Assembly (NCBI GenBank): GCA_002633005.1
Contig: NMRA01000134.1
Span: forward strand, 62,001-126,000
DNA length: 64,000 nt
Origin: Phoronis australis
Taxonomy: Eukaryota > Animalia > Phoronida
Direction: 5' to 3'
The notes below the pieces were generated by a model, which saw only the letters and a program-made list of their open reading frames with translations, ran no database searches and was not told the origin of the DNA. Positions 1 to 14,138 of the stretch are shown here, piece by piece (position 1 is the stretch's first letter; every line of letters starts with the position of its first letter). A program made the translations under genes and the position numbers.

Positions 1-688
1 TTGATATAGGTGGCTCATTTTGTCTGTGATAAGTCTAGTGTGTGTGCACAAAGGGCTGACACCTGACAGCAGTAACTGATATTGAATAATTATTGTTGGA
101 AACCATCTTATAATGTTGCTGCTGAAAAACCTGTCATGTTCCCTATCATCTGCTGAAAGTTATCAGCCCTAGTATCAGATTTGGGGAAGGTTATCTCCAG
201 TATCAGTTAAAAAGCAAAACATGCTGACTGGAACACTAACAACAGTCTTTAATACTAAATGCATTGTGTCCGCTTGTGGCCATGTTTGCATTGTCCCTCT
301 GCTGTTTTCCTAAGTTAGCATGTTATTTTACCAGTGTCTAGGTTGTGTACTCAGCTAATCAGCCCTGTTGCTGTTCATTGCCTCTACAGCATAAAAATTT
401 CAAGATAATTCACAAGTATGAAATTCCTGCAGGCACATGATTGTCTATTATCTACAAGATTGTCTTGGCGCGTGTCCTCATTTTCACCTGATGTTATTGA
501 ACCACTGGGTATACAGGTGCTTTGTCAACATAAATGCCTGTAATTATGCCAGGACAGTTATCCCCAGCAGCCAATGGAGTTGGTCATCTAGGTGGTATAG
601 TGGACTTTTCAAAGTTCAATCAACCAGCATAGTGAGTTGGAATCATGCTGGATAGAGTACACCGACCAACAACAAGTGTGCCGTATTA

Positions 689-3556
689 AGGCTATGTCGG
701 ACCTCAGCTAAAAATGTCCAAGTTTGGCTAACTTGGCAATATCTTATCTCAGGAATGGCTGATCGCATTTGTATGAAAATTTCAAGCTTGATGCAGTGTT
801 CTAAATAACATGTTCCCCTTTGGCATGAGGGGATATTACAAAATAGGACTTAAGGATTTTCACGGAAAAACTCAAATGTTGCACAAAATGAAAATGAAAT
901 GATAATTTAAAAAACTGTAATATCGTTTTTGAGATTTTATCTTGAAAATTTGGCCATAATTGGTGAGAATTTACCGTGTTCGTGCATTCCATACCAAAAT
1001 AAACGTTCGCCAGAGGCAACATGTTCAAGTTGGGTACCATCGGTACTATAAGACAATTTGGTGACAAATGTTCAAGACTTCAAAAATCTTAAAATCTAGT
1101 TTTGGCAATTGCTTTGTCTGAAATTGGAGAGATTTTACCATATAACACACCTGGGGAATAATGTTTGGTCAGATAAGGCCCTTTCATACTAACTTCGGTC
1201 CTGGATCGAAGTTAACATTGCCAGTTAAACTGGTGGATTCAACAGCAAAGCGTCAGTGCTGCGGTGCAGTATGAACGGTCGACTTCAGTCCCATCGAAGT
1301 TATCTCCAAGGGCCACTGTTATCGTCAACAATAGCTCACTTGCGAGTTTCTCCTTAGTCACTGTGATGTCACCGGAAAAGGGGCAAAACCCGCCATATTG
1401 CTCTTGTTTTGCCCCGAGTCTTTGCTACACACGCTAAAACTTACTGGAGTTCTTATGGTGAATTTTAGGCTTAAAACGTTAAAATAACTTAAGATATGAT
1501 AGATGGATCGTGGAATAACTGTGAATGGGCGAAGAAAATGTGAACTTGTTATGTTGTGCGAAGCTGTGAACGGACTGAAATTGGAACTTAATCCGCTCTA
1601 GGCCTGAATGCCGCAGGCATACAGGGGCGATAGTGTATCCCCATAAAAAGACATTCACTTCAAAATACAGCAAATAAAATCAAATGAAACATGCATATGT
1701 GCACATGAAGTTATAATTAACACATACCCTGACTCTGGACACAATTTAGTCTACAAATAACTTGAGCATATCCATGTAAACCTCGCGGTTCTCTCGAGTT
1801 TCTCTCATTGGCCGCCATTTTGAGGAAGTTATGTGAAATCATGCCTGTTGACGAACAAAAAGTCCAAGGGACACAAATCTTACAAATTTCACTTGATATT
1901 TTCTCATGCTATTTTGCAAGTGTCACGCGCCAGGTCACGCGCCAGATCTCGCGCTTCGCTCAGTCTCGCGCTAGCCTTTGCCTCATACTCACCTGGCTTA
2001 GTTGAAATACTTAGTAACTTTGGTTATCGCGCGCGCGGACAAAGTTAACAGTAACCACAAAGTGGAGTTGGAATTCTTCGCCAAAGTCACCTGAATTCTA
2101 TATATGCTTCATCGAAGATATGTTTAGAAGCAGGAAGAGTCACTGAAGAAAGTAAGAGCCTTTTAGGTGGTAATTTTAGGTGTAGAATGTATTTTTGACG
2201 AGGTGAAAACTTTATCAGTGAGCGGATTTCGCCTTCCGCTCGTTTAAAATACACGGGACGAAATTAGTACAGAACGCGATAGAACGTATTGTAGTGCGAA
2301 TCTGAATTTCATTTGCCATAACAGCAATGCTTTTTGGAATTTTTCGAACTAAACGGCTAAAAACTCGAAGACAATAACAGAATACACTCTGCTACCGTAT
2401 TGGGCAAATGACCAAACGACAAGCTTTTGCCCCACTTCCCGTGACGTCACAGTTAAGTCTCACATAATCTCGCGTTATTGTTATAAACTCGCAAAAGGAC
2501 TATTAAAGGGTGGTGTCGTTGCTAATAGTTGTTTATATTTTGCTTGAGTAATTATCAATCGAATTAGAAATAAACTTTATGTCAATGAGTACATGTAAAT
2601 GTTCCGAGATTGTCACATTAAAAAAATCTTAGATTGCACGTGATGCATCAACGTTATTTTGTGATTACTTCGATGACAACAGTGCCACCTACTGTTTACT
2701 TTGTTGTCCATTAACTACCGAAGCCAGTATGAAAGGTTCAGTTAACTTAGCTGTTTAAGTTGATGCTCTGACGGAAGTTAAGTCAGTATGAAAGGGCCTA
2801 CAGACAAGAGGCTGGTCTTAATTCAGCAAATGTGCAGCAACCCCCTGAGTAAACATTTTCCCAAAGACAGCTTTTCAGTTCTAAATGCAAACTTATTTGC
2901 TATTGTATCATTGAAGGTGACGGGGACTTTTTAAACTGATTATTTCCAGTAAGTAAAATAAATTCATATGTTTATAAATGTGTATAAAATTTAAATCAGT
3001 GTGGAAATGTGTATCTTCTGATACTGGTTAGCACTTCATCTGTGGCCACATCAGGTAACCCAAGTCTGAAAGGATTTCTGCCCGGTAGACTTATATTCAT
3101 TAGGACACTGGTGGCGTGCTGACCAGCCTTAGAGATGTTTGCAAAATCCATACGTTATTATTAAATATATTTTTCAATTCCAGACTAGGTTAATTATCAG
3201 AAGTGCCTGTTTCCATTTTTCAAATAATTTCCTATGTGATTGTCCACAGATTTGAAACCATATGTGTGTTAGGTACGTTGCCATGTTTTTCGAAATCCCG
3301 TAAATATTTCAGGGAAATGGTAACGGGATTAATTCCACAAAAGTTCTCCCCAAGAATTCCTGTTGTCTGTTGGAATATTGGTATTGATACTATACTACTC
3401 TTAATTGACTAAACAAACCGTGGTAACTCATGAATAGAATTTTCTAGTATTAATCTATTTAGTTCTTATTTCTGTCCCAAATTGAAGAATTTGTATTTTA
3501 TTACTTATTGTGAAAAAATGAGGGAAATAATTTTTGTAGGCCGACATATTGGGCCT
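689..3556. mobile_element. Possible old non-autonomous DNA transposon enclosing the 1177-2798 element
   Basis: Left end AGGC----TATGTCGGACCT versus reverse-complemented right end AGGCCCAATATGTCGGCCT; TA on both flanks; imperfect match. Confidence 0.35.
1177..2798. mobile_element. Non-autonomous TIR DNA transposon, PIF/Harbinger-like
   Basis: Perfect 14-bp TIR GGCCCTTTCATACT / AGTATGAAAGGGCC with further subterminal AACTTC/GAAGTT repeats; flanks TAA and TAC (imperfect TWA-type TSD); interior CpG-rich relative to the host; no transposase ORF seen. Confidence 0.75.
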
Positions 3557-6500
3557 TAGATTTGTAAGATTTTACCATAGTTGTGGTTTCTATGTGCATA
3601 AGCACCTCTGTATAGATTTTTTCTGGTGTGCAGTGCAGTTATGCAAAATGGCAGGTTGTTGGTTTTGAAGTTATTTACCTTTCTCTGACTACCAAGATCA
3701 AGATCTCTGTTATATTCTGAACACTCAGCCTCAGCTATGGTATTTTTCATGGCTTTGATCTCATTAGTTGTTCAAACATAGCTATTGATTATTTGGTGTG
3801 TTATGTAACTGATCTGTCTGTCAGGCTTTGAAGCCAACTTTGTGGGGGTTTTACCCCCTACGGATCATCCATGGGGTTTCTGACTGTGGTAAGGTTGCAT
3901 CCCTTGCATTCCTGACACTTAGTCAAGAAGAAATGTTAATAGTAAACTGCATGGTTTGTTTCTACTTGTATTGACTTATTTATAGATTATAGAACCTGCC
4001 ATCTGGATTTCAGCATGTGGGGTCAGCTTGCTTGTGTGAGGTCCCATTCATCTAGGGAGGTGTTTTTTATCTGAAAATTTCTTGATCACTGGTGTGTACA
4101 ATCTTCCTGTCATTTGCATTGCTGAGTTAGGAATTTTAGGCCAAAACAGCATAATTAGTTTTAGTTTACGTTTTGTTTGAAAATTGATATGGTGTTGTGG
4201 TATTTGTGTAGTTGTCCATGTTATCAAAAAGTAAAAAACGGAAATCTTACACGAACAGGATTTGCACGCAAATGGACAGGGAGGACAGAGAAAGTGTCCA
4301 GTTCCGCTTTTGTACTTGGCTAGTGTAACCAGATGCCAGTTTTGGTGGGCAAGTTTCAAAAGATCACATACCAGAACCAGTTAGGTTATTTTTGGCCCAA
4401 TCACCTGTTTCTTGAATTGTTTACAGAAACTCCTAACTCAGTCTTTTATCTCAGGTACACGTGAGAATCTGTCAAAGTGCCTCCAAATTGACTTATGGTA
4501 CTTGTTTATTCTGTTTCTCACAATTCTTGAACTCTGGGTAATTCTTGCCCTGTGGTGGAATGTGAATGTGAAATGGAGAGGAGGAGTAGTAACCCACTCC
4601 ACTGGAGTTATTGGCATGGGGTCTGTGTAATTTGATTTATGGATTACTGATGTTCTATTTACACAAGTCTGGTTGTGTATGTCTTTGCATATTGGAAGGT
4701 AGCTTGTCATCCATATGTCAAGTTCATTGCCAAGAATTGTATCTTGGCATCAATTCCGTAAACTAATTGAATTCTAATATGTCTTGAGCTATAAATTTAT
4801 GAAGTTTTCTTACCCACGAGAAATCTCAATTGTTACTACTCCCTTCATGCTCTTAGCCTATTCCAAAAATATTTACAGTAAAATTGCAAAAATTTAGTAC
4901 ACAATATGGCAGACAAGTGAAATTTATGTTCTCATATTTTCCGTAAATGATATACCGGTATGTTGTAAAAATGATGCTATGTAATGTTCAATTCACTTTT
5001 ATAGCCAGCAACAGACAGTGACTTGAAACATTGTAGGCATTCACAATGTTAGAAGCAGATGGTTAGAATACTGACATTTTTGGGAATTATTTTTTGTCTG
5101 AAGTAGGTGAGAATTCATCACAATTTTGTTGTAGTGGACAGTTTTCTTGCCACATGGTTCACCCAGCCGCCGGTTCACATCAACTTCTTCCTAGTCTTAC
5201 CCAGGTGAAAATGCTGTAAAAACTGTATACTATCATAATACAGATAAAGTACAGTTCAAGAGTTATCAGACAAAATACCCTTTTTCCAGTCATGACCTTT
5301 TTCCAGTCATGACGGCTAATTCTGTAAGCAGTTCAATTGTCTGTCAATGACTATTAGGGCGGCAAGGTTTTAATGGAGGATGCAGAATGTCTTACCAACT
5401 TTCCTGTTATTTCCCTATCATTCTCAGTGACGAGGAACGACTACTCTGCCTGACAGTTATGGCGGGGGAACTTCCGTGTGATTTTGCCCGAACAACCTTT
5501 CGGAGTTGGTAAATATCAGCAATTTAAAACAATTCCAAGTGAATTGTTTGTGTTGCAAAAGTATTCTTAAAATCCAGCGGGTTAAATTGACCAATTGTAT
5601 TTCACAGAAATATTACTCATAACACTGGCAAATTGGAAGTTCTCGCATGAATTTTGAATTTATTCTCAGTAAAGTCATTCAAATCTTGTTGATTTAAATA
5701 CCTGATCCTTAGTCATGTTCAATTGAGCTGCCCACATTTTTACAGTTGCCACTAATTCATTGTGTAAGCCTGCATCACCATTCTTGTGCTATGGGTGGCC
5801 AATTTAATCATAGATCTTTATCTCTGAAATGACTAATCAGGAGTATAATTAACATTCAATCAGGCCCTAGCCTGGTCTGTCTTGAATCCTGATCTGAATA
5901 GAAATCAACACAATAACCATGTTTATGTTAAACAGATTAAGTTGTAAAAGCAACCAGGATTTTGTTTATTTTCAGTTGTTGCATTGCCTTGTGCAATGTT
6001 GGCCCAGCTCATTCACCTAAATACATTTCCCACACTATAAACTTTTCCACTTCCAAGGGGTGTCAGTCACTACTCAAGGTAGTAGATAGACCTGGAACAC
6101 TAAAAATATCAGCTATCACTAGAACACATGTGCTTGATATCAAAAGGAACAACTGACTTGAGAATTTCAGTCTGTCTTTACATTAGGGTATTTTGACTGA
6201 AATTGGAAACATTTGACTTAGGCTGATGACTTGTCTCATACTTGCCTGTCAACATTGACTCACCTTGTTTTGTAAAGCCAAATTTGCTGTAGTGGTGGAA
6301 GGTGGGTATAATAGCCTTTTGTATTGTCATGATTGTAATCTTGTCATGTGACCACTGTTATTGTGTGGCACAGCTTCATTCATGAAGTTAATTCTAATGT
6401 TGTTGGTGTTTCCTTTGGCCAGTCAAATGTAATCAGGACAGCTGGCATGTTGAGACTTGAAACTACTCTCTCAAGGTGTTTGTTTGTGGTCTAAGTTAAA

Positions 6501-7180
6501 TTCTGTTTTGTTGAAGTTTTTACAAATATTCCTGGGACTGTTTGTTATAAATGGATGTATGTGAATGGCTGAAGGATTCCGAAAATAGGAATTTTTGTAT
6601 TCGTGGTAAGTTTTTATTTTTTTGTAAATACCTGATTTTCACCTCCTTTAAGTACAAAGTGTTACAGCTCCGTAATTTTATAGTTGTTGAAGTCTGTATT
6701 TGTGTATAGTAAAAGTACAGCATGAGGTGCTGAACCAACATTTCAGTGCTTTGTAAAATAAACATGAAATCTAGAAGTAAAATTAGTCAATTTCCTAGTT
6801 TCCCTCATTGTGATATCATTGGTGGAACATGCGATCATGATCGTTCCTAGCACTGTCAGCATGTCCTACTGAGTGACTGTTGTTGCCAGTGTGCTAGTTA
6901 GTTATACTGTTCTGAAAAGCTCAGGAATGTTGGAAATACAACTTACTAATGACTGGAAATCCTAAATGTTCACAAAACACAAATGTTGCTAATATATCTC
7001 GGTTTACAATTATTTTTTTCCGAAATGCCAATACATATACTGGTAGTTAAATAACCAAATATGTGATTTCCCCGCTGAAGTAACAAGTGAGACTGGTATA
7101 TTAGCATTATCATAGGCTTTATGGCAGTCGCCATGTTAAGCTTGGTCACAAGCAGCCGATTGTTAAGAAAAGACAAGCTA

Positions 7181-7502
7181 GCACCATCCACACACGGACT
7201 TACCCTAGAACAAGTTACTCCTGGAATGAGTTGCCGTTAGGTTTGGAGGCTGTGTGGATGCTATTTAAACTACATGTGATGTAACTTGTGAAAACTTACT
7301 CCACCTTGTCGAGGTGGGGTAACTTGTTCTAGGATAACTTGCGGCACTTCTAATTCCTGTGTGTCCGCAAACCTGGGGCAAGGCAGAAGTAATTATCAGC
7401 TGTATTTACATATAAACAGGTTTTCTATTGCACGCCGCACTCGCACTAGGTGTTCATTGTTGTGCACAGAGTGACAACTTACCCTAGTTGTGTGGAGGCT
7501 CC
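7181..7502. mobile_element. Degenerate MITE
   Basis: Ends ..TCCACACA / TGTGTGGA..; internal inverted repeat CCTAGAACAAGTTAC (~7204) / GTAACTTGTTCTAGG (~7319) and an ACTCCACCTTG/CGAGGTGGGGT hairpin. Confidence 0.5.
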
Positions 7503-10500
7503 ATTAGATTGTTTAAGATTTTTTCGGAAGCTGGATTGTAGACCCATTTTTTGGAGGTCTGGATTCTACACAACCATGTATTTTATTTCCTAACCATGAA
7601 TTTTACAAACATTTCTACGCAATTTGCTGTACTCTAGTGCAGATACTCTGACTTACTAGTGGAGATGTCATCCACTTGTGCCATAACATGGATTTTTATT
7701 TTCAATCCATTCCCACTTGTATTTGAGCACTGTTGACATGGTGAGAATGTTCAAATTCTGTTGACAAAAAGATTTCACTTTGTGCGTTGTTCACATTTCT
7801 AGGAAGAGGATACTGATACAGGAAAGGAGAATAGTTGTTGTCTTGTTATCAATATTGTCTTTATTTTTGTGTTTATTAGTTTGAGGCTACACAGTATTAA
7901 TTAGGTAAAATGGAAATTGCAAATTTTAAACTGGATTAAATCAAATTAACAGTGGTGAATATCTTCCTTGTTCAAGCAGTCAATGAATTCTGTTAGGTCC
8001 ATGTTTTTTCTCATGTGTGTTCAAGGACGCTAACTGGTCATGTTAAAACAAAACTAAGCAAAGGGTCCTACCGCAAAACCTGATCCAAACTGTTACCCAG
8101 GGATTTTTAACATATAAGAATAACTTTCATTTATTACCTGCCCTCATCTCTACAGTCTTGAAAATTGAATTTTGAGTGGTGGTCATTTTTGTGAATGAAT
8201 GTTTTTCAAACACTCATCAACCCTATCATCTCAACTCAGAAATCACTGTGGGAGTGTTTTATGATAGTTGAATGATATGTGAATGAACTGTGCAGCCAAA
8301 ATGTCTGCTGCCCCGCAGAGAACTATTCATATGGTAAAAGCCTTTCCTTGTATCTTTGTTCCTAATATCAATTCTACTCCAACTGAACTGGTGACTGGAT
8401 GAACCAAGGACCATAGCCTGATTTAAAGTAATTGCTATATCTATTGAATGCCCCCTGAGTGACGTAATATTGGCCAAAAGGACCTCTGTCCATGAGTGCA
8501 GTGACCACTATCTTAATAGTCATCTCTCCTTGGGTACCAGCATTGTATGACATGGTCAAATTTGAAGAGGTCCTTCGGTGCACTTTCATTACATCATCAG
8601 TGAACACTCAGGTGGTTTGGAATCCACTTAAAACTATGAATTTCCAGAGGTGGCCATTAAAACTATTATGAAGCAGCTCAATTAGAATTAGTAAAGATGA
8701 CAGCACTATGCTACATCATGGCCTTACATTCTTGTTTGTTATTACAAAAACCTTTAGTGAAGGTGAAATTATCAGAAGAAACATGCCAATGATCAAATGT
8801 AACCATATGTTAAAATCAGGTAGTTAAAAAGGACGTCGTGCCATTTCACCTCCCAACTCTGGCACACTGCTTTGAGATTGGGAAGTCGGTAGGTAAAATT
8901 TCGGCTGCATTAGATGAAACCAACTTAAGGCAGAATAAAACATAAATTATTTCTAGGCTTGAGAAAAGCCCAGTTCTTGTTTCGGACCAGGCGGTTGCTT
9001 GTCCTGTTCTAGTTTCTATGGTTATATAGTGGGATGGAAGTCACAGTTAAGTTACATGCGGCTTATTGTAACCAAATCAGTTCAAACAAAAATAAGTATG
9101 CAATGATGTTGCTTTCAAAAAGCAGATATACGTGAGAAAAACTCCTTTTAAACAGAGATTACTTTTTAGACTGACTTTAATGTTAATTTAAACTTGGTTG
9201 TTATGAAACTTAAAATATTATTGCATAATGCTAAACAATAGCAAGTGTTCTCATGCTTCAAATGATGCGTGCTGCCACCTGCCTGAACAGAGATGAACTT
9301 CTTCATTGCTGCATTTCACACTTAATTCTCTGAAAATAGACCAAACGCCACTTAAGGGTAAACAGATGGCACTTTGCACAAAACTGAACTAGCCTATTTT
9401 TAAATAATTGAAATGTACTTTTTAGATGCCTGTTTCAAATATACTGGTGTTGTTTTTGTTAGACAAGTGTTAGTTTCACCTCAGTTCATGTGAACAGAGG
9501 CATAATTATTAATGCAGTGTAATTTTAATTTTCTTTGTCATCATGTACTGAGTGTAGCATAGTGAGTGCACCATCATATTGAATACAGAATGTGAAATGT
9601 TGAGGACACCAGCTGTTGGTGGTCATTGTTATGCAACTTTGGATATGTATGAGCTCATAACTGATGATAGTCTGGCAATCTGCTAAAATTGACCTGAACA
9701 GGAAACTATACAGGTCTCTCTGGAAACAGTTTTCTTTAATTTCACAGGTATGGTAATTACCCTAACGGTTATTTTTTTGTAGGCTACTACTTTGCTATAA
9801 ATTAACATTCAAAATGTAACCAGGATGAGGTATTTTAGATGGCTACACAGTACAGTTTGGGAACAAATGAAGTGAAAACGGTTTTATCTCGTCTTGGTGA
9901 AATTCAACGGAATTATTAATTGTAGAAACTTGTCAAACACCATGCCGTTGTTCAACAACATGATCCTTGATTGGGCCAAGATAACCTTGGCACATCTCTT
10001 TTCTTTTGTCATTGTGTTATCGTCATTGGACTAGTTGAGTTGTGAACAGTCATTCTGATGTTGGTGTGGTAATTTACTTATTTACATTTGCCAAGTAATG
10101 GCATTGAGATTTCTGTTGATTTTAATCACAATTCTCAATCCTTGTGCACTTTTTATAGTGTGGTTTGCTTAAGTGGTCCTACTCAAAGGTTGGTGTGTGA
10201 CATTGCAAATTAAGGATAATGTTGATTTATTACTTCCAAAATACAGTAGACATCTTCTGTATGTTCATCTTGTTTCCACATCTACATGGTTCTACTTCAT
10301 TAGAACACTGAAAGATAGATTTAAATCTTTCAATTCAAATTGCTGTTCACTGTTTATTCTCAATTTTTAATAACAACAGTCTCCTGAAGGTAAACAGAAG
10401 GGAAACACCTGTGGTTAAAGATCAGAAGATTAGTTGGAACATAAACAGTCTAATCACAATCACCTGATACTAGGCTATACAGTTTGTGGTTTCCTCACAA

Positions 10501-12621
10501 AAGCAGTCCAATGTAGAGTGTCTGGGACCAGCTATTTTGCTTGGAATTCCTCTGTGTATTCAACTGGATTCGTGCTAAAGGTGCATTTTGTTTATTATGG
10601 AGTGGATGCTATAATCTTTATTTTCATTTCAGTATAGGGTTTGAATTTGTGTTTTGAAGTTACAGGTTCAATATTGTGCGTCAACTTGGTTATGTATTTG
10701 TGATGTGTTCGTGGAATTTTGTTGTCCATGTTTAAGCCACTCAGTTGAGTTCGCCTGGTTTAACACTTGAAATGTATTTTTGTCCGAGAAATCTTCAGCT
10801 TTAGAAATAAGTGAACATATTTTCAATGCAAGGCAGCCGTTTGTCCCATACTTAGGGTTACTATAGCTTAGTGTGTCTATTCAGCCTTTTCTCCATGTAC
10901 ATGTTGGCTGTAATGACTAGACTTCAGAGTCAAAAAGGCAATGGGACATGTTTCGGAGGATGTGGTAAGTTTCTTAATTCTAGGAAATGCCAAGTGGAAT
11001 TATACAGGAACCATCGATTAAACTAATTTAAATTTCTTTGATTTTACTTTTGCTTTAAACTAAGTCGCAGATCCAGACTTTATCAATTACGGTTTGAGCT
11101 GTGTTGATTCTTTGATGCGGCATTATTGATTTTGATGCGTTAATTTGAACCATCAAGGCTGGCTCATTTAGATGAATTATGAATTGGTAAATTAGAGTAA
11201 AGCCACTGGCACACTGCGTGGTCACAATCATAATTGTAATTTTAGTTTTCATTGTAATTCAGTAGGCTGATGAGTAGATGATGACTAAATTGTGTGATCA
11301 CATGCTCTGCTCTCACATTGTGTCTTGACTGTTGTCACAATTTGTTAATGGTTACTGTAGAGTGAGGGCAGAGTGCCACAAATTGTCGCTCTAGGGTGCC
11401 TGCAGAGTGCCGCTGTGAACGTAGGTGACTCGGTGCATGTGTGATTGACACTGAGTAATCAATAAAGTGAAGGACAGTTCACCACTTATGTACTTAGTGC
11501 TTTAGCTTGTCACTTATTGAAGTCAATGTTGTGATTTTGAATGTTTATATATTCAACTAATAATAGTATTGAAATTTATGGTAGAAAGCACTTGGGTTGG
11601 AGATGGAGGTATGTGAAAATTAAGAAGAGACTCCATAATGAAGAAAGGGTCCTTCTTTTGTTCTGAATATGCATAAGCGTTATTGCATAAAGCAAGTTTC
11701 TTACCAGACTAAAAAGCAATATCATGCAAGTCTTTGTAAGATATCGCCATGCATTGCAAACAAAGAAATTAATCACTTGAGCTTTGATTTGTGTGAGCGT
11801 TCTTGGAATAGTTCTGTCCTGAAATGGCGTGGTCTTAACCACTTTCATTCTAAGGTATTTACCCACAATGCAACACAAGTGTTGAGCACTTGTATGGCTT
11901 CTTTGCATGCATACTAATCACTACAATATCTCGTATTCTAATTATAGTAAAACTCACAGGAGTCAAATCTTGTAGGATCGAGAGATTTTATAAGAGTAAA
12001 GTGAAATACTTCTCTGAAGGCCACAATACACGAACTACAACCTCCCTACTATAAAACTTAAGCTGTCCAGAAATCAGGCTTGTACATAAAACTTGCATCG
12101 TTGCATTTGTAAAAAAGGCAGATAGTAATGGTGGAGGTACTTCACTTGTTCTCAGAAGTGCCTAACGTTTTGAAAAGTAGTAGGTCAGTCAAAGAAGGGA
12201 GTTCAGTCCAGGTGAACCTGCACCACTTTATTTCATGTAACAGCCCTCCTTGTGAGTCACTGAATGTACACACTTCAACTTATTTTTCATGGAAACTGGA
12301 AGTTCTTCGTTTGCATCGGAATGAGGAACTGGCTGACATCTCAGTGGTTTGCTTGTAAGATGTGTTCCCCTGAGGCCCAAATAAGCTTCCAGTATGTTGT
12401 TGGTTGGCTGTCCTGAAATGTGGGAGTCCAATACGTGATTTATCAAGAGATGGGGAATGCCAGATTTTGTGTTCCCTGCCTTCCTGCTTTTGTGCCTAGA
12501 TAGAAGGTGTTAAACTGATCAAGGTAATAGTTTGTTATGACAGAAAATGTGTATGTTGTAAAATGCTCTTGTCATTCCGAGTGTTGAGTTTAATTATCAA
12601 AGTGGTAATATGACCTCAAGT

Positions 12622-12899
12622 TGGAGGATATTGAAATTAATGAAGACATTTACTTACTGTGCTTAATGGAACACAATATCATTTGTTTATGGGGCACTAA
12701 CTGAACATTCTGGTATGGAGGATATTGAAATTAATGAAGACATTTACTTACTGTGCTTAATGGAACACAATATCATTTGTTTATGGGGCACTAACTGAAC
12801 ATTCTGGTATGGAGGATATTGAAATTAATGAAGACATTTACTTTCTGTGCTTAATGGAACACAATATCGTTTGTTTGTGGAGCACTAACTGAACATTCT
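12622..12899. repeat. Tandem repeat, 94-bp unit, about 3 copies
   Basis: Unit TGGAGGATATTGAAATTAATGAAGACATTTAC...CTGAACATTCTGGTA starts at 12622, 12716 and 12810; copies 1 and 2 are identical, copy 3 has a few substitutions. Confidence 0.95.
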
Positions 12900-14138
12900 C
12901 ATATTCCTGGCTGACCATGTGTAACAAGAGAAGTCGTCATTGGTAGGAGTCACTTCATTTGGGGTCTGCGGTCACGAACATTATGTTTTATGTTTAGTCC
13001 CCTTGGGCATGGCTAGACAGCAAATGTTTTTTATTATTGTGTTTTGTGTTAGATAGCATCGCCAACATCAGTAGTAGTCCTCTGTTGTAGTGCTCCTGGC
13101 TTTTTCTGAAATTATCTGAAGTTGATTCTATAGTTGTATCAAACACCAAATCATTACTTTAAAAAAGAAAAGATTATATTTAATTAATTCTAACAAAAAA
13201 CTGCACTAAGGCATCCATCATGATGTTAACTAATAATTCTAGTCACGTCGCCTTCAAGACTTTTTTGCTGTTCTCTTTTCGTCATAAATTCTTACCAACA
13301 TATGTCTTAATATGGCTGACAAGTGAAATTTGATTCTTTTTTATTTCTATAAAATATAGATAATAGGACATAAATACTTTATCATTTTTAAAGTTTTATA
13401 CCATGGCTAACACCATACAATGATTTGGATAACTGGTGGGGATTTACAGCAATTTTGGCACTCATTTTTTTCCGAAATTGGTGAAATTTTTCTGTCTTTT
13501 GTTATAGTTGTGTGCCATTCTTGGGTGTATTGTGGTAAGGCAATGTGCAGTTCAATTTTGGACTCGAGTATCTCCTGCCACACTGAAACCTTATCCCTAT
13601 TTCAGTTTGTGTATTATAGCAAATCATCACTGATTAATGAAATGATAGTGCTTATGATACATGTTTTTATCAGTGGTTATCATGACATTGGTGACTCTAA
13701 AGTATTTGAAATATGGCAGATATCATATATGACAGCCAGGATTGGTCCTCTGTGTTCTTGTAGAGTTTATTGTCAGAAATCGCTCTTCAGTCAATGCTGA
13801 TTACAGATTACATGACCCAAGCCGCTTCTTAAAAACTTGCTGTAATCATGTTTTTTTAACGATGAACTTTCTTCCATTGCAACACAATAGTTACTAGACT
13901 GGTAGCATTCATCTAGACTTCATATTACTTTACTAGTTCCAAAAACATTATGACTAGTTTGATTTTTTTGTGATTTGAAAGTTTCTCATCTTGCATCAAA
14001 GAACCCTCAATATAATAGAAAAATGTGAACGCTATTTTTTGAGAATGTTTTATATATTTAAATTTTGTATACCACTATTAAGACTGTTGCTCAGAATACC
14101 TGCTTGACTGTTGACCTTGAAATTGGTGCTGTATATAC

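Noticed and set aside
12622-12899. 94-bp repeats (and the 40-bp array at 32151) as a CRISPR-like array
   Set aside because: Units are contiguous with no unique spacers, there are no cas genes, and the context is eukaryotic.
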